Below are positions 23,849-38,722 of a stretch of DNA of 64,000 bases, piece after piece. Below the pieces are notes generated by a model that saw nothing but the letters and a program-made list of their open reading frames with translations, made no database searches and had not been told where the DNA came from. How positions within the stretch are numbered: the first letter of the stretch is position 1; each line of letters opens with the position of its first letter. The position numbers and the translations under genes are program-made. Source of the stretch: Eledone cirrhosa (Eukaryota); contig OZ024742.1 in assembly GCA_964016885.1 (NCBI GenBank), positions 49,786,001-49,850,000 of the forward strand, read 5' to 3'.

Positions 23849-26800
23849 AGACGTAAATAGAGTGAACGACAGAATAATTAAAATAAGACTTGTCCTCAAT
23901 AGAACTACTGTGACAATAATATCTGCGTATGCACCCCAACTGCCTGGCATTATAAAAGACAGATTCTATGAGTCGTTAATGCTTATTACCTCCCAAATAA
24001 CCGACAGAGACTATATAATTATTGCTGGCCACCTAAATGGTCACGTTGGACAACACTGTGACGGCTATGACGGAATCCATGGAGGTTATGGGTTTGGTAC
24101 TAGAAATGAGGAAGGCTCCAGAATCCTGGAATTCTGTGACGCAAATAATCTAACTATCTGTAACACAAACTTCAAAAAACGAGACAATCACTTGATCACC
24201 TAGAGATCAAGGAAACACGCCAGTCAGAGAAAATTATATCCTTACCAGAAGACGAGACAGAGTGTCTGTTGTAAACACTAAATCCCTCCCCCATGACGAA
24301 TGCACCTCCCAACATAGCCTCATAGTTAGCGACCTCATAGTCAGGATGAGACGTATTCGACAACAGAGGAGTACTATCCTTAGGAGAAAAATATGGAAGT
24401 TAAAGGACCCCACAGCCATTAATAAATTTAAAAGCATATTACTTGATGCTTTGGACAGTAAGGAAGAGCAATTAGAGTCGTACAATATAGAGGAACAGTG
24501 GGAATTCCTGAAAGCTAACCTGCTGAAGGCGACAGATGATATCTGTGGCTGGAGCAGACCTATAGGCAGGAGGACAGTAACTTGGTGGTGGAACAGTAAG
24601 GTGGAGGAGTCGATCAAAGCCAAAAAGCAGGCTTGGAAAGTATGGCGGGATGGGGGAAGTAGAGAAGACTCTCAAGTGGCCAGGAGGGAAGCTAGGAGAC
24701 ATGTGTACTTCGCAAGAAGGGAAGCAGAAGAAAGAAAGTTCAAGCATGTTCTACAATGCGAGTACCAACAACATGAGGTGTTCAGGATTGCTAGACAATG
24801 TGTCAAGTAGAACCGTGATATTGTCGGGGAGAAGTGTGTCCGTAATAATGATGTACTTGCCGTCACTGACACTTATAAGAAGATAGCTTGGAAGTGTCAA
24901 TACGAAAGGCTACTAAATGAGGAGAATAAATAGGAGAAAGACAGCCTCCCCCACATCGATCCAATAGAGGGACCAGCAGTGCAAGTTGAAGGTAGTATAA
25001 TAAGTAAGGCAATCAAAGATATGAAGAGGGGCAAGGCGGCTGGGCCTTCAGAAATAGTTGCTGAAATGTTGAAAGCATCTGGAACGGTGGGACACACTAT
25101 GGTCACCCGGATAGTAAACCAGGTTATACAGAATGGGGTCGTACCAAAGGACTGGTGTAGCAGCATCATCATTAACTGCTACAAGGGTAAAGGAGATGCC
25201 CTAGATAGGGGAAACTATAGAGGCATTAAATTACTTGGCCAGGTCATGAAGGTCACAGAAAAAGTAATAGCGCAACTAATCAGAGAGCAAATTGATCTAG
25301 ATGAAATGCAGTTCAGGTTTGTGTCAGGTAAAAGTACCACAGACGCTCTTTTCACTGTACGACAACTACAAGAGAAGTACCCAGCTAAAAGTAAACCCCT
25401 CTACTTAGCTTTTGTAGACCTGGAGAAAGCCTTTGACAGAGTCCCCCACTCCATTATCTGGTGGGCCCTTAGAAAACTAGGTGTAGATGAATGGCTTGTG
25501 AGAGCAATACAAGCCATGTATAAAGAAACAGTCAGCAAGGTTAGAAATAACAACGAATATAGTGAAGAGTTTAGCGTAAAAGTTGGTGTTCATCAGGGCT
25601 CCGTCCTTAGCCCCCTCCTATTTATTATCGCCCTCCAAGCTATAACGGAGGAGTTCAAGAACGGCTGCCCATGGGAACTTCCATACACAGATGATCTAAC
25701 GCTCATAGCCGAATCAATGGCTGAGCTATAGAAGAAATTCCAAACATGGAAGCATGGCCTAGAATCAAAAGGCCTTAAAGTTAACTTGTCTAAGACTAAA
25801 GTCCTAATATGTAGGAAAGGGAATAGGGCACTGGTCCCATCTGGGAAATGGCCATGCTGAGTGTGTAGGAAAGGAGTAGGCAGAAACTCCATTTTATGTC
25901 CCAAATCCAAAGTATGGGTGCATAAAAGATGTAGTGGGATCACAGGTAAGCTAACTAAGAATATAGATTTTATATGTGGCCAGTGCTCTGGTGCAATAAG
26001 TAGCAGCAAATGCCCACAGAATACTAGCTCATTCCATTGCCCAGATGGTTCTATAGAAATAGTGGACACCTTCCGTTACCTGGGTGACAAAATCAGCAGT
26101 GGTGGAGGGTGCTCTGAAAGTACTGTAGCTAGAGTCCGAATGGGATGGAAAAAGTTCAGAGAGCTTATACCACTATTGGCCGCTAAAGGTTTCTCTCTAA
26201 ATATAAAAGGCAGGCTGTATGATGCCTGAATACGAACAGCGATGTTACATGGCAGTAAGACATGGGCCTTGTGTGCAGATGATCTATGCAGACTGGAGAG
26301 GAACGAAGCTTGCATGCTCCGTTGGATGTGTAATAGTAATATACGTGAACGGCAAAGCATAAATGAACTAAGTGAGAAATTAGGAATAAGAGGGATCAGA
26401 TGCTGTTTACTCGAGAGAAGACTACGTTAGTATGGTCACGTGATGCGCATGAAAGATGACAGCTGTATAAAAAAGTGCAGGGCGATCAAAATAGACAGTA
26501 GCTACGGAGTAGGCAGACCCAGAAAAACCTGGGACAACTTGATAAAATCCGACCTCACACACTTACACCTCTCCAAGACAATGTCACTGGATCGAGATCT
26601 TTGGCGCTATGTAGTAATACAGAAGACCCGCCTTGCCTAAGTACAAAGCGAAGCCTACAGTCTGTAGGCACCTCTTAACCAAAATACCCCCCCCCCCCCC
26701 CCGTCCCACTAACCCTACCCCCTCCGCCATCTACACCACCCCTTTCGATGTAAAGCTATGTTGGTACACAACATCCAGTCCTAAATAAATGAGATCGTGT

Positions 26801-27040
26801 AGGTGTCACGACAAAAAAAACACAGTCCACGCTGTAATGTGGCCGTGTAGGTAACACGGTAAAAACCTCCCAGTCCACACTGTAAATGTGGTTGGTGTTA
26901 GGAAGGGCATCCAGCTGCAGATAACCTGCCAGACAGTCCTGAGCAAGACAACCAATCTTGCCTCAAGTGGGACAATTCCCGTCCAGACCCATGCTAGCGT
27001 GGAAGATGGACGTTAAACGATGATGATGATGATGATGATA
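23849..27040 (+). mobile_element. RTE family 2 copy, 5'-truncated within the APE domain, multiple stops and frameshifts
   Basis: ORF fragments 23862-26640 are colinear with 12356-15150; YTDD replaces YADD; 3' UTR and (GAT)n tail; 5' end at TA-rich array 23717-23848. Confidence 0.95.
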
Positions 27041-29713
27041 TATTAAGAAAATTAGTCAGCCATTTACATTACACCTGAATGAGTAATATTGCTTAGAACA
27101 TAATTCAGAGAAGCATATAAATACAAATAAAAATCTATCTTACATGGCTCAGAATTAACAATAGGGAAGATCCAGTTTGAGCACCTTAAAATAAAGGAAA
27201 CCATATGTGTATGTTCCCAGAGTCAAAATTGTTAAGCAAGCTAAATATCTAGTGCTCAACGAATCTATTACCTCTTAACTGCAGTTTTCACAGACTAAAA
27301 AGGACTTAAAGAGAGACTATATTCCTGCCAGAAAACTTGTCTGATCTTTAGAGAGGCTTTTTTCTGTTCCTAAAATTAAAAGAAACAAACTATATTTACC
27401 TGTTGACAGATCTCTTCCCATCACAAAATTAAATCAAATCCAGCATGGTTTACAATAATCTATGCATGCATAGAATTATCGGAAAAGGCAAATAATCATA
27501 CAAACCAGAATAGAAAAAACTTTTGCTAAAAATAGCAGTCAATTTAAAATCGTCCTTCAACTCAATAGGTATGGAAGTATTTTATATACTTATATAAGAA
27601 AATTAGTCAGTCATATGTACATTCCATCTTAATGAATAATATTGCTTCGAACATAATTCCCCATATACTGTCTACACACAAACATTTACCAACAGTTTAG
27701 GTACTGCTTGAGAGGAAGTCATGAAACATAAAATTTGGAAGAAACAACCTTTTGACTTAAATTAACAGGCATTTATCTATGGAGATATCTCATGTAATTG
27801 GCATGATCACAGAGCCTGTTACAACTCCCTGTCTAAGCCCATTGGGCAAGGCACAGTTGAGCTGAGGGCTAAGAAGGGAGAAAGAAAATCATGGCCTAGC
27901 AACCTCAAAGTCAGGACAGGTCACAAAACAGAGACCTTTCTATGCATGATAGAGATTAGAGACCAGTGGTGACAGCTGACTGGCAAAGCATCTAGAGTGG
28001 CACCCCATTAACTGGCCGCACCAGTTTTGGGAGCTTGATTGACTGATCTCACGTAAAGGTATGCTTTAACCAAAAAGAAATGCAAAATATGCATTTTAAG
28101 GGAGGCATGCCCTAAAAATTCTCAACTTTAGTCAATTTTAGCTTTATTTTCAAGAATTCTTAGACCAGTCTGATAGCAAACATTTCTAAGAAAGATCATG
28201 TATGCCATCATAAATAAACCTCTTCTGTATTAATGTGAAACAGTTTACCTATTCAGTTGCAAAAAGTAACTGATTTTGTAAAGTTGCAGTTTAATGATAA
28301 GTGAATACTTTTAGAAATCACTTATTCCATTATACTGAAATTAGGAAATTAAAATAATGTTTGAATATATTTCTGTAATATGTTTCTAGCTTGAAATATT
28401 TGTAAAAACTGTAGAAGAACAACACCCAACCCCCGAAAAAAGACATTAGTAGGAAAGCTTTTCCTAAAATGTATTATTAATCTAATTTATTTAATGCAAA
28501 TTTTCCTTTGGCAGAAATATTGAAAAATAATTTCATAACAAAGTTTTTAATATTTATATTTTATTTATTTATTTTTTTTTTTGCACACATTTAATAAAGA
28601 TACATACATTCTTTGAACAATCCTAGCTTATTAATAAATTGTTTCATCATTCATTATTAATTAAATGATTATGAAGAAATCATGTCACAGTGACATTTTA
28701 GTAAGTTATCAGCATTTTTCATTGATGCATTTCTAAATGTATACACTGGGGCCAATTCAATGGACTGTATCTATACTTTACACATTTATAGCTTAATGTC
28801 AACAACTATAAAACATCTTTGAATAGAAATATAGAAAAATGGAAACATCTATTAATATATACAGTATTTGTTGAGTTTACTTCTAATATATTGATTGGTA
28901 AACTGTAATATTAGCTCTCAAACAGTTCAAATATTCATGCAATATTTAGATAGGGACAACATTTATCTACCATAACAGGTGTGTAACAAATTAATAGGTA
29001 GAGACCTAAACATTTGTAATTACATCAAATATTGCTGACAACATGGTATTGTGCTGTTCTTGGATAATTGATTAATTTTTGAGAAGCATTTAAGACTCAT
29101 TTCATAATTCTTTAGGAATAACTCATAGAAATATAACCCAACCCATATGGAAAATAAATGCAGGACAGGAAGAATTTCTAATGAAATTGGGATGCCAAAG
29201 ACTATTCATATTCATATTTATTTGAAATGTGTACAAATATTAGAAATATATGTCAAGAAAATGTGTGGATGGATGTGTGCTATTCTTCTCTCTTGTATTT
29301 ATGTTTCTTATACAAAATGAACACAGGTGTTTTAAACATGAAAAAATGGACCTATTATAATTTTTTTCCCCTAAAAGTGTTTTGTAAATTTTCTGATTCT
29401 TTAGATACTAGAGGTAGCACTACAGGCTTTATCTAGTAAAAGCAGTACTGTTTTATCTTATGGAAAGAACTAGTAATCTTAGAAACAACAGAATTGGCTT
29501 CATTTCACATTGAGATTCTGCTTAACTCTATCACACCACTACCCATGCTAGTGTGGAAGATTGACGTTAATCGACGATGATTGTGATGATGATATCACCT
29601 CTAGATCTATGATAAAAAACTGTTTGTATTTATCTAAAATCCTTTATATCATAATTCTATGTTGAAAACAAACTTAATGATGAAAAATTTAGTTATATTA
29701 TTAAATAACTCTA

Positions 29714-29900
29714 GCGGTGGATTGGCAGTATCAGTAGAGGGTCGGACGCCATGCTTTCACGCATAGAGTTACGGTCCTTGCCTTTCTGAGTTCAAATCCC
29801 GCGGAGGTTAACTTTGCCTTTCATCCTTACGGGGTCAATAAAATAAAGTACCAGTAATGCACTGGGTAATTGCTGGCGTGGTGCCAAAAAGTAGAAACAA
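29714..29900 (+). mobile_element. Full SINE family C copy with target-site duplication
   Basis: ttattaaataactcta at 29698-29713 and 29901-29916; B-box gagttcaaatccc. Confidence 0.9.
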
Positions 29901-30523
29901 TTATTAAATAACTCTAAATTCTTGATTATTTTCAAAATTACATGAAGTTTATAGATAGTGTCTTCCATTAGAAATATGATAATAAAAGAGCTAATCCATG
30001 CTCGTGCATGTGAAGGAATTTTATGTATATTGTGATTTGGGTTATGCTAATTGTAGCTATGTCTGTGTGTTATTAGATGTGTATTTAAGTGTGGGTGTGA
30101 CTCTGTTCTTTGTATGTGTATTTATGTTTGTGTATGACTGTTGTTTGTGTGTGTGCACATTTATATATGTGACCATATGTTTTCTGTGTGTTGTATGCCG
30201 TGTATTTGTGTGTGTGTATGAGTGTATTTGCATGTTTATGTGTGACTGTGTGTTGTCTGTTTCTTGTGTATACCTTTAAATGTGTGTTATGTGTGTGTAT
30301 ACATATTTAAATGTGTTTCTGTGTATAGCTCTTAACTATGTGTGTCTGTATGTTTCTGCTATCCTTGTGTTATCTAATATTTTCTGTATATGTAAAGTTA
30401 CTGTTGACTATATATTACTCAGAGTTACAAAAGGTTGCTGATTAAGCAGATTAAGAATGTGTAAAATCCTCAAATTGTATGCTTCATTGCATATTTATAT
30501 ACATGTATATATCTGACTGGAGC

Positions 30524-30552
<29 letters not shown>

Positions 30553-30556
<4 letters not shown>

Positions 30557-31642
30557 AGTGTAATTTACTACACAAAACGAAGGTTATAGAGAAAATTGAG
30601 GTTGGTAATGGCACATGGAATATATAAGAGACAGAATACTTTTTTGTGAAAAAACATAATTTTATAAGGTAAGGAAATAATAAAGGGTATAAAAAATGAC
30701 CGGTTTTGATGGGTCTGCAAAAGCCATCTTTTCAAATGTTGATTAATATTAAGAAAAATTAATAATAAGAAGAGTTAAAATTTGAGATTTGAAAATTCAA
30801 GTATAAAATTCATTGTGGGATTTCATAGTAGTTTTCATCTTGGTAGCCGCAAGTTGACTGCTGTGTGCCTTTCTGGTAGTGAATGAGAAGTTATTTGGGG
30901 GTGTGGGTTATTTTATAAAGGTCAGATTTAGCAATGGCCAGATGGCCAGCTGGTGGTCAGTGAGGGGGTGGAAGCAATATACATACATATATCTCGCTGT
31001 GGTCGGTAGGAGAGGGGAGATTGATAGAAAGAGATTTAGTGCACTTACACCTATATATACACACATACCTTCATCCACACATACATACATATACATATAC
31101 ATACACACACATATATATATATATATATACATATACACACATACATACACACACACATACATATACATACACACATACACACACACATATATGCACATAC
31201 ACACACATATATATATATACACACACACACATATATATATATACATACATACACATACATCCAGATACACACATATATATATATGTGTACATACACATAT
31301 ATACACACATACACACACACATATACACATACATACACCCACACACAGAGAAATGGCCTCCAAATATATATATATATACATACATACACATATATTTTTT
31401 CCATCCCACAATGAATTTTATACTTGAATTTTCAAATCTCAAATTTTAACTCTTCTTATTATTAATTTTTCTTAATATTAATCAACATTTGAAAAGATAG
31501 CTTTTGCAGACCCATCGAAACCGATCATTTTTTATACCCTTTATTATTTCCTTACCTTATAAAATTATATGTTTTTTCACAAAAAAGTATTCTGTCTCTT
31601 ATATATTCCATGTGCCATTACCAACCTCAATTTTCTCTCTAT
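30553..31642. mobile_element. Inverted-repeat element (arms 30585-30821 and 31403-31642, 32-nt one-sided extension); probable non-coding Penelope-like insertion in (TA)n
   Basis: Near-identical reverse-complement arms, each with a hammerhead-like motif; (TA)n on both sides. Confidence 0.75.
31484..31531 (+). ncRNA. Hammerhead ribozyme-like motif, U3-A8 covariant (second copy on minus strand, 30693-30740)
   Basis: ttgaaaa-gat(g/a)g-loop-ccatc-gaaa-ccg(g/a)tc; the consensus of the two arms restores stem II and palindromic stem III (accggt); stem I is weak. Confidence 0.55.
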
Positions 31643-32248
31643 ATATATATATATAAAAGCGGGGTAAAACAAATCTTTGTTTCTCTTTATAAGTCTATTA
31701 CAGAATGTATATATGCACATATATATGTATATATACACAATATATATATATATATATATAGGATGGCTGCAACTCGATTTTGAGTAATGCCATTGCTTGA
31801 TTCTTAAGTGTGGACATGGCTATGAACTTGCTTTTGGCCAGCAATACCATGCATTGCAAAAAATGTCATATATCAAGTGATACCTGTGCTTGAATCTTTT
31901 TTAAGTGAGGAAAGGCTTTGCACAGGGCCAATCCCACTCTCTGAACATCGAATGTATTTTCCCAAAACGAAGAGCTGGTCTAAACCATTGGATACAATCA
32001 AAGTCACAGGTTTTATATCAGAGTGTCATTCTCCTAGAGAGATATCTTAATGAAGGCTAGGAGTCTCTTGCTCCATAAAAATGTAAGACTTTATTGGATG
32101 GCTGTTGACTCTCCTGAATTACTCTGCCCAGGTTTTGTCATCCTGCAGGGTGTCCAAAATCACACTCCTCACCAATATATGTTCATACACGTTGGTACAG
32201 TCTTGGTTGCATACTGTTTTTATTCAGATATAACTTTAACATATATAT

Positions 32249-32278
<30 letters not shown>

Positions 32279-32279
<1 letters not shown>

Positions 32280-32775
32280 AATAGGAGTATTTGTATCAAA
32301 ATAAAAATCCGAAGGCATGGTATAAATTTCTAATCCTTTTAATCATGACACATGTTTCAATAAGAGATAGATCGATCGTGTGGCCATGATCGATTATCAC
32401 TGAAATCGTCAGGTGAAAATGAATTGTCTTCAAATCCTTGATACGAGGGAGAAAACTTAACGATGTTCACTCACTAGAGTTTTGTCCCCCATATCAAGGA
32501 TTTGAAGACAATTCATTTTCACCTGACGAGATCAGTAATAATCGATCATGGCCACACGATTGATCTATCTCTTATTGAAACATGTGTCGTGATTAAAATG
32601 ATTGGAAATTTATACCATGCCTTCGGATCTTTATTTTGATACAAATATTCCATTTTACATCATCTAGCTGTTCCCATAAATGGAATTGGAGATTTACGTG
32701 AAGAACTTAATATTGCTAACAAAAGTTTATTGGACTGTATGACACAACCAATAATACACCTTACTATATAACAAC
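32279..32775. mobile_element. Fold-back element: ~180-bp arms (32279-32457 / 32478-32656), ~20-nt loop, ~120-nt right extension to (TA)n
   Basis: Arms are reverse complements with few mismatches; hammerhead-like motif in each. Confidence 0.8.
32519..32592 (+). ncRNA. Type I hammerhead-like motif with long stem II (antisense copy 32343-32416)
   Basis: tcac-ctgacga-...-gaaa-c-atgt-g-tc-gtga; stem I extends (catttt/aaaatg); base of stem II is imperfect. Confidence 0.6.
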
Positions 32776-33267
32776 TATATATATATACATATATATATAT
32801 ATATAAATATATATATACATATATATTTATATATATATATATATATATATACATATATATTTATATACATATATATTTATATACATATATATTTATATAC
32901 ATATACATATATATACATATATATTTATATACATATACATATATATTTATATACATATATATATATATTTATATACATATACATATATATTTATATACAT
33001 ATATATATATATTTATATACATATATATATATATTTATATACATATATATATATATTTATATACATATATATATATATTTATATACATATATATATATAT
33101 TTATATACATATATATATATTTATATACATATATATATACATATATATATATATATTTATATACATATATATATATTTATATATATATTTATATACATAT
33201 ATATATATATATTTATATACATATATATATATATTTATATATATATTTATATACATATATATATATT

Positions 33268-33304
<37 letters not shown>

Positions 33305-33312
33305 ATATATAT
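32776..33312. repeat. Compound (TA)n array with higher-order tttatatacatata units
   Basis: Direct reading. Confidence 0.95.
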
Positions 33313-34335
<1,023 letters not shown>

Positions 34336-35225
34336 ATAAGGAGACTGAGAAACTGACAATAGGAGCAGGCATGTATTGATTTTGAGATATTTCCTCTTTA
34401 ATGTAGACAGGGTTAATTTGCTACATAATAAATTCATGCAGTTTGTAGTTGAGTTGTAGAGACACTTCTGCATGTGATATCTTTGAAATGCAGTTGTTTA
34501 GCCACCTGCTACCTGTGAATATTTCAGCTGGAGAAACATAGACACATTAAGCACAGTGATTGCTTGCCTTGGTAGTAATTTTGCAGGTATGGAGTGGGTA
34601 CTTCTTTTGAAACAGATACTAGGTTTTATATTTAGTTTTTGTCAAAATTCAAAGGTCATACGTAGTTAATGGTATCGTATTTTTTATTGCCTCACTTGAT
34701 ATGCTGGCTTTTGTAAATATAGAATATTTTAAAACATATGATTTATTTGAAAACTAATCAATTTCAGAATTTAAGTATCAAGTTTAGTATTTTCAATTCT
34801 GTTTCATTTTCTTTCCCATTGTTTTCATCTGTGGCACTGAAATATAAAACCAAAATGGTTATCAAAGACCAAATTACAAATATAAATGTCCCAATTATAA
34901 AACTTATTTATGAATATAATGCATCAAAATTATTTATTAGTCTTTTTAGCTTTGGTTTTAACTAAACTAGTTTGTTATTCATTATTCTATAGTATTCAAT
35001 ATCATTTGTAAAATTTATATATAACCACTAAGGAAGCACTACAATTAAAACCAGATTAATATAAACCATTGGTTACAATGAAAAACTTTATTATTCCTTA
35101 CATCATTATTAGAACTGATTTTATTAATGGTTAATATCTAAATATTGTTTTGATTTAAAATAAAATATTTATTGATTTGAACGCAAAAGAAAATAGAAAA
35201 AACCAAGGAGTTATTTGATTTAATG

Positions 35226-35256
<31 letters not shown>

Positions 35257-36836
35257 CGAAAGATTGTTAGAGTTTAAATATTGCTTCATCAATGCAATAT
35301 TAGAAAATAGCTAAGAATAAAATTGGTTTTGTAGTTAAATTCATGAACATCAACCTAACAAAACACCAAATTTCAGTTTTAGTTTAATCAAAATTCAAAG
35401 CATAAAAGTTAACTAAAACGCTATTTCCTTACTCTTGTTTATCTTATCAGGGAATTCTGAAAAGATAATAAGAATGAATTAAAAGATAATAAGAATGAAT
35501 CTTCATTCAACAGTGGATGTTTTGGTAACATTAAATTCATGATAAAAATTGCAAGTTTTCTTTTATTATCACACTAAAATGTTTTTCCATATCATCTTCT
35601 TTACTAAGAGGCTTGCCTATGCTCAAAGCTCTGCTATGCATAGTTATATTTTTCTTTTCTACCATATGAAAACAAATAACCATACACATACACACATACA
35701 CACATATGCATATTCTCAGACAGATTCATTTATAACAAGTTGATTTATTGTACTATTTACTGAAATGAATCCTGTTTTAATTATATATTGCCTGACAAAT
35801 ATTAGTGCCTGTATTTCAAGTATTCCTCTCTTGACATAATGTCAGTTTAAAACCAAAATTATCATTATCTCCATTTTGGGGTTTGGATGGGTCATCACAG
35901 TCTGAGCTGTTTCTTATTTGAAGGTACTGTTCTACTGCATGTACATAATATATTTTAACTTGGTTTCTATGCTTAGATATCCTTTCTAACACAAACCCCT
36001 TTATAGATTGTACTAGGTGTATTTCATCATAGGACCAGCTCTAGAGAGATTATGTCATGTCCTAACTTGACTAAAGAATACTTTCTACCTTATGTAATCT
36101 CCATCTGATTATCAACCACTTTACAGTGTTCTGTGTATTTCTTGTGGCACCAACATCATAGAGGTTGTCTTACTGCAATACTAAAATGATTTAACCATAT
36201 TATGAATTGTCCATTCCTTTAAAGTAAAGTGGACTAAGAAGGTGGAAACCATGAGTTTGAAGAAAAGAAAGTATGATTTGAGAATGAAGGGGGCCTTGGT
36301 AGAAAGGAAAGTCAGAGTTGTGCATAAGAAGTTCATTAGAGAGGGGGAAGGAAGACAGGCAGCATGAGCAATGGGACACTAAAAATAGTGATGTTATGTT
36401 ATAAGAGAGTTAGGGATAATTGGCACAGAGAATTGAGAGTTGTAGATGATAACTGAGATTCATGCTGGGAAAGAGATTTTCAAAAATTGTTTTTAAAAAA
36501 TCATTAATAAATTTACATTATATTGACATTCATGTTTGCATAAACATAAGCAGGGGAGTAATTATATTTAAGCAATCAAACATACATATATATTGAAAAC
36601 GTGCATGTATGTATATAATATTTTACATGTGCTTGTGTGAAACCATGAACGCATAAATATACAAATTTAAAGCATTGTCTGTAATTTCATTCTCTAAGAT
36701 GGGGTAAGATTTTAATTAAAAGTATTGTGCACTGAGACAACAATATACAATTATATATCAATAAAGGTGTTCCCATTTGTTACCATTCCCCGTAAGCATA
36801 ATGATAGTTCCCATGAGTAAATAGTTGACTATAGCA

Positions 36837-36874
<38 letters not shown>

Positions 36875-37012
36875 TGTCGATGTTAATTGATTGTCAATGA
36901 TATATTTTATTGTGACAATCAACTATGTTTTAATGAAGCTAAGCTCATCACATCAGTTTTAACCATCTAATTAATGTCTGGTATCCTGTAGACCAGTATC
37001 CAACAGAATATT

Positions 37013-37048
<36 letters not shown>

Positions 37049-38481
37049 TGCTATAGTCATATAAGCATGCAGTCATATGCATGGCCATAAGGATACAATA
37101 TTTAATTTGCAATCATCTTTTTCTGATGTGAGTCCATTGATTGACAACTTAGGCAAAAACTTTAATTCTGATCTTACATCCACAAAATCCTTTTAAATGA
37201 AATGATATGGAAGCTTTCTTCAGCTTGATTGCTGGACGTTATATATTTTTATATATTGTCTTGCTTAGAAACACCCTCGACACTTTTGTGTGTCTTTTGG
37301 GGAGTCCACACACTTATAAGCATTTGAATCATGTTTGCTGTATGATGTATGTCATACTTCTATCCCCACTATTCCCTGAGGTGCTGCATAAAAGATCATG
37401 GGTGCTTCCTTTCCTATCCTAACTCATAAAGCATATGCATATATAAATGAGATCTATTTGTACATATGTCAATATTTGTGATTTCTAATTAACATCCCCT
37501 GGATGCCATTATGTTTTGCAATCACACTGATAGCTTGAAATTAGAGCTAATGAATCAAATATCAAACTGATTATTTATAACAATAACTCAATCGCATTAT
37601 ATTGTTTCAATTGCATATTGGCATATCTTATTGTTTCAATTGCATATTGGCATATCTTGTTTCAATGAATATTTTGCCATGGGTGAAGAGAAAAAATTCA
37701 TATTAAAATCATGACAGTCAGAAAAATGGTAGAAAATGATATTTGATTATGTAATTTAATTGGATCATCACTTTTGTTTGTTTCAGATAACTGTTTTCCC
37801 TTCTCAGGAGATTGTGAAGATAAAGCAAAAGGTTTTAATGATTGATTCTTCCTCTAGTCACTAGAGTATTTTTATACTAAAATGGATTTCATACCCAGGC
37901 AACAGAAAGCATTTAATAATTAGTTAATATATAAAAAACAATTTGTAATAAATAGCACTTACCAATTTGTTTACTTCATTAAAATATGAAATAATCAATT
38001 AATTAGTTATTACTTATATATCATTATAGCACCATTCAACAGTTTCAACAGTGTGGCATTAGTTACTATAGTTTGTAATTGAAACCATCCCAGAAAAGCC
38101 TTTAGATTGAGACTAACATATTACACATGTCTGAAGTTTGATTCATTGCAATTGAGGTTTTACTATGTCTGAGGTTTGGCTTTGAGCCTTAAGTTAATGA
38201 AGCAGGATAAAATGTTCGATGCCAAATAACGAATATTATATATATTACTAAAATGAATCTTTGTTGCTATTCTGAATTTCACAGATTGCCTGATTTTCTG
38301 CCATCTGTAAAACTCACAGTAACAACATCTAAGTAATATCATTTTCTTTATTTAAGTAAAATATAAGAAACACACGCACCAGTTGCTTTCACTTCAATTT
38401 ATTATAATAAATTTATAAATTTGGGAATTTATAAATTTCTGGTTGGTTGGTTCCACAACCAGATAGTTGTTTATATATATT

Positions 38482-38524
38482 GTCAAAGTTCTTTCGTCAC
38501 ACATTCTGTGACCTCTTCAGTGAC
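38482..38524 (-). ncRNA. Minimal type I hammerhead ribozyme in the PLE pLTR
   Basis: gtca-ctgaaga-g-gtcaca/tgtgac-gaaa-g-aa-c-tt-tgac. Confidence 0.8.
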
Positions 38525-38722
38525 TGGGGATTCTTTTCTTTGTTTTTGTGCCTCTCCTTTGTTCTGTCCTACGCCATTTTGTTTCTGTCTGGTTGTGTGC
38601 TCAGTCTGCGCATGCGCCACATCCGGGTGTCTGTGTGTGTTTATATTTGTTTATTTATTTGTTTATTTACATGTTACCGGTTGGTTGTTTGTTCTATGTG
38701 TGTGTGTGTTTTCATTTTGTCC

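Noticed and set aside
34528-34586. 59-nt AG/GT-bounded open segment; similar ones at ~37787 and ~43461
   Set aside because: Expected by chance in this much DNA; needs RNA-seq
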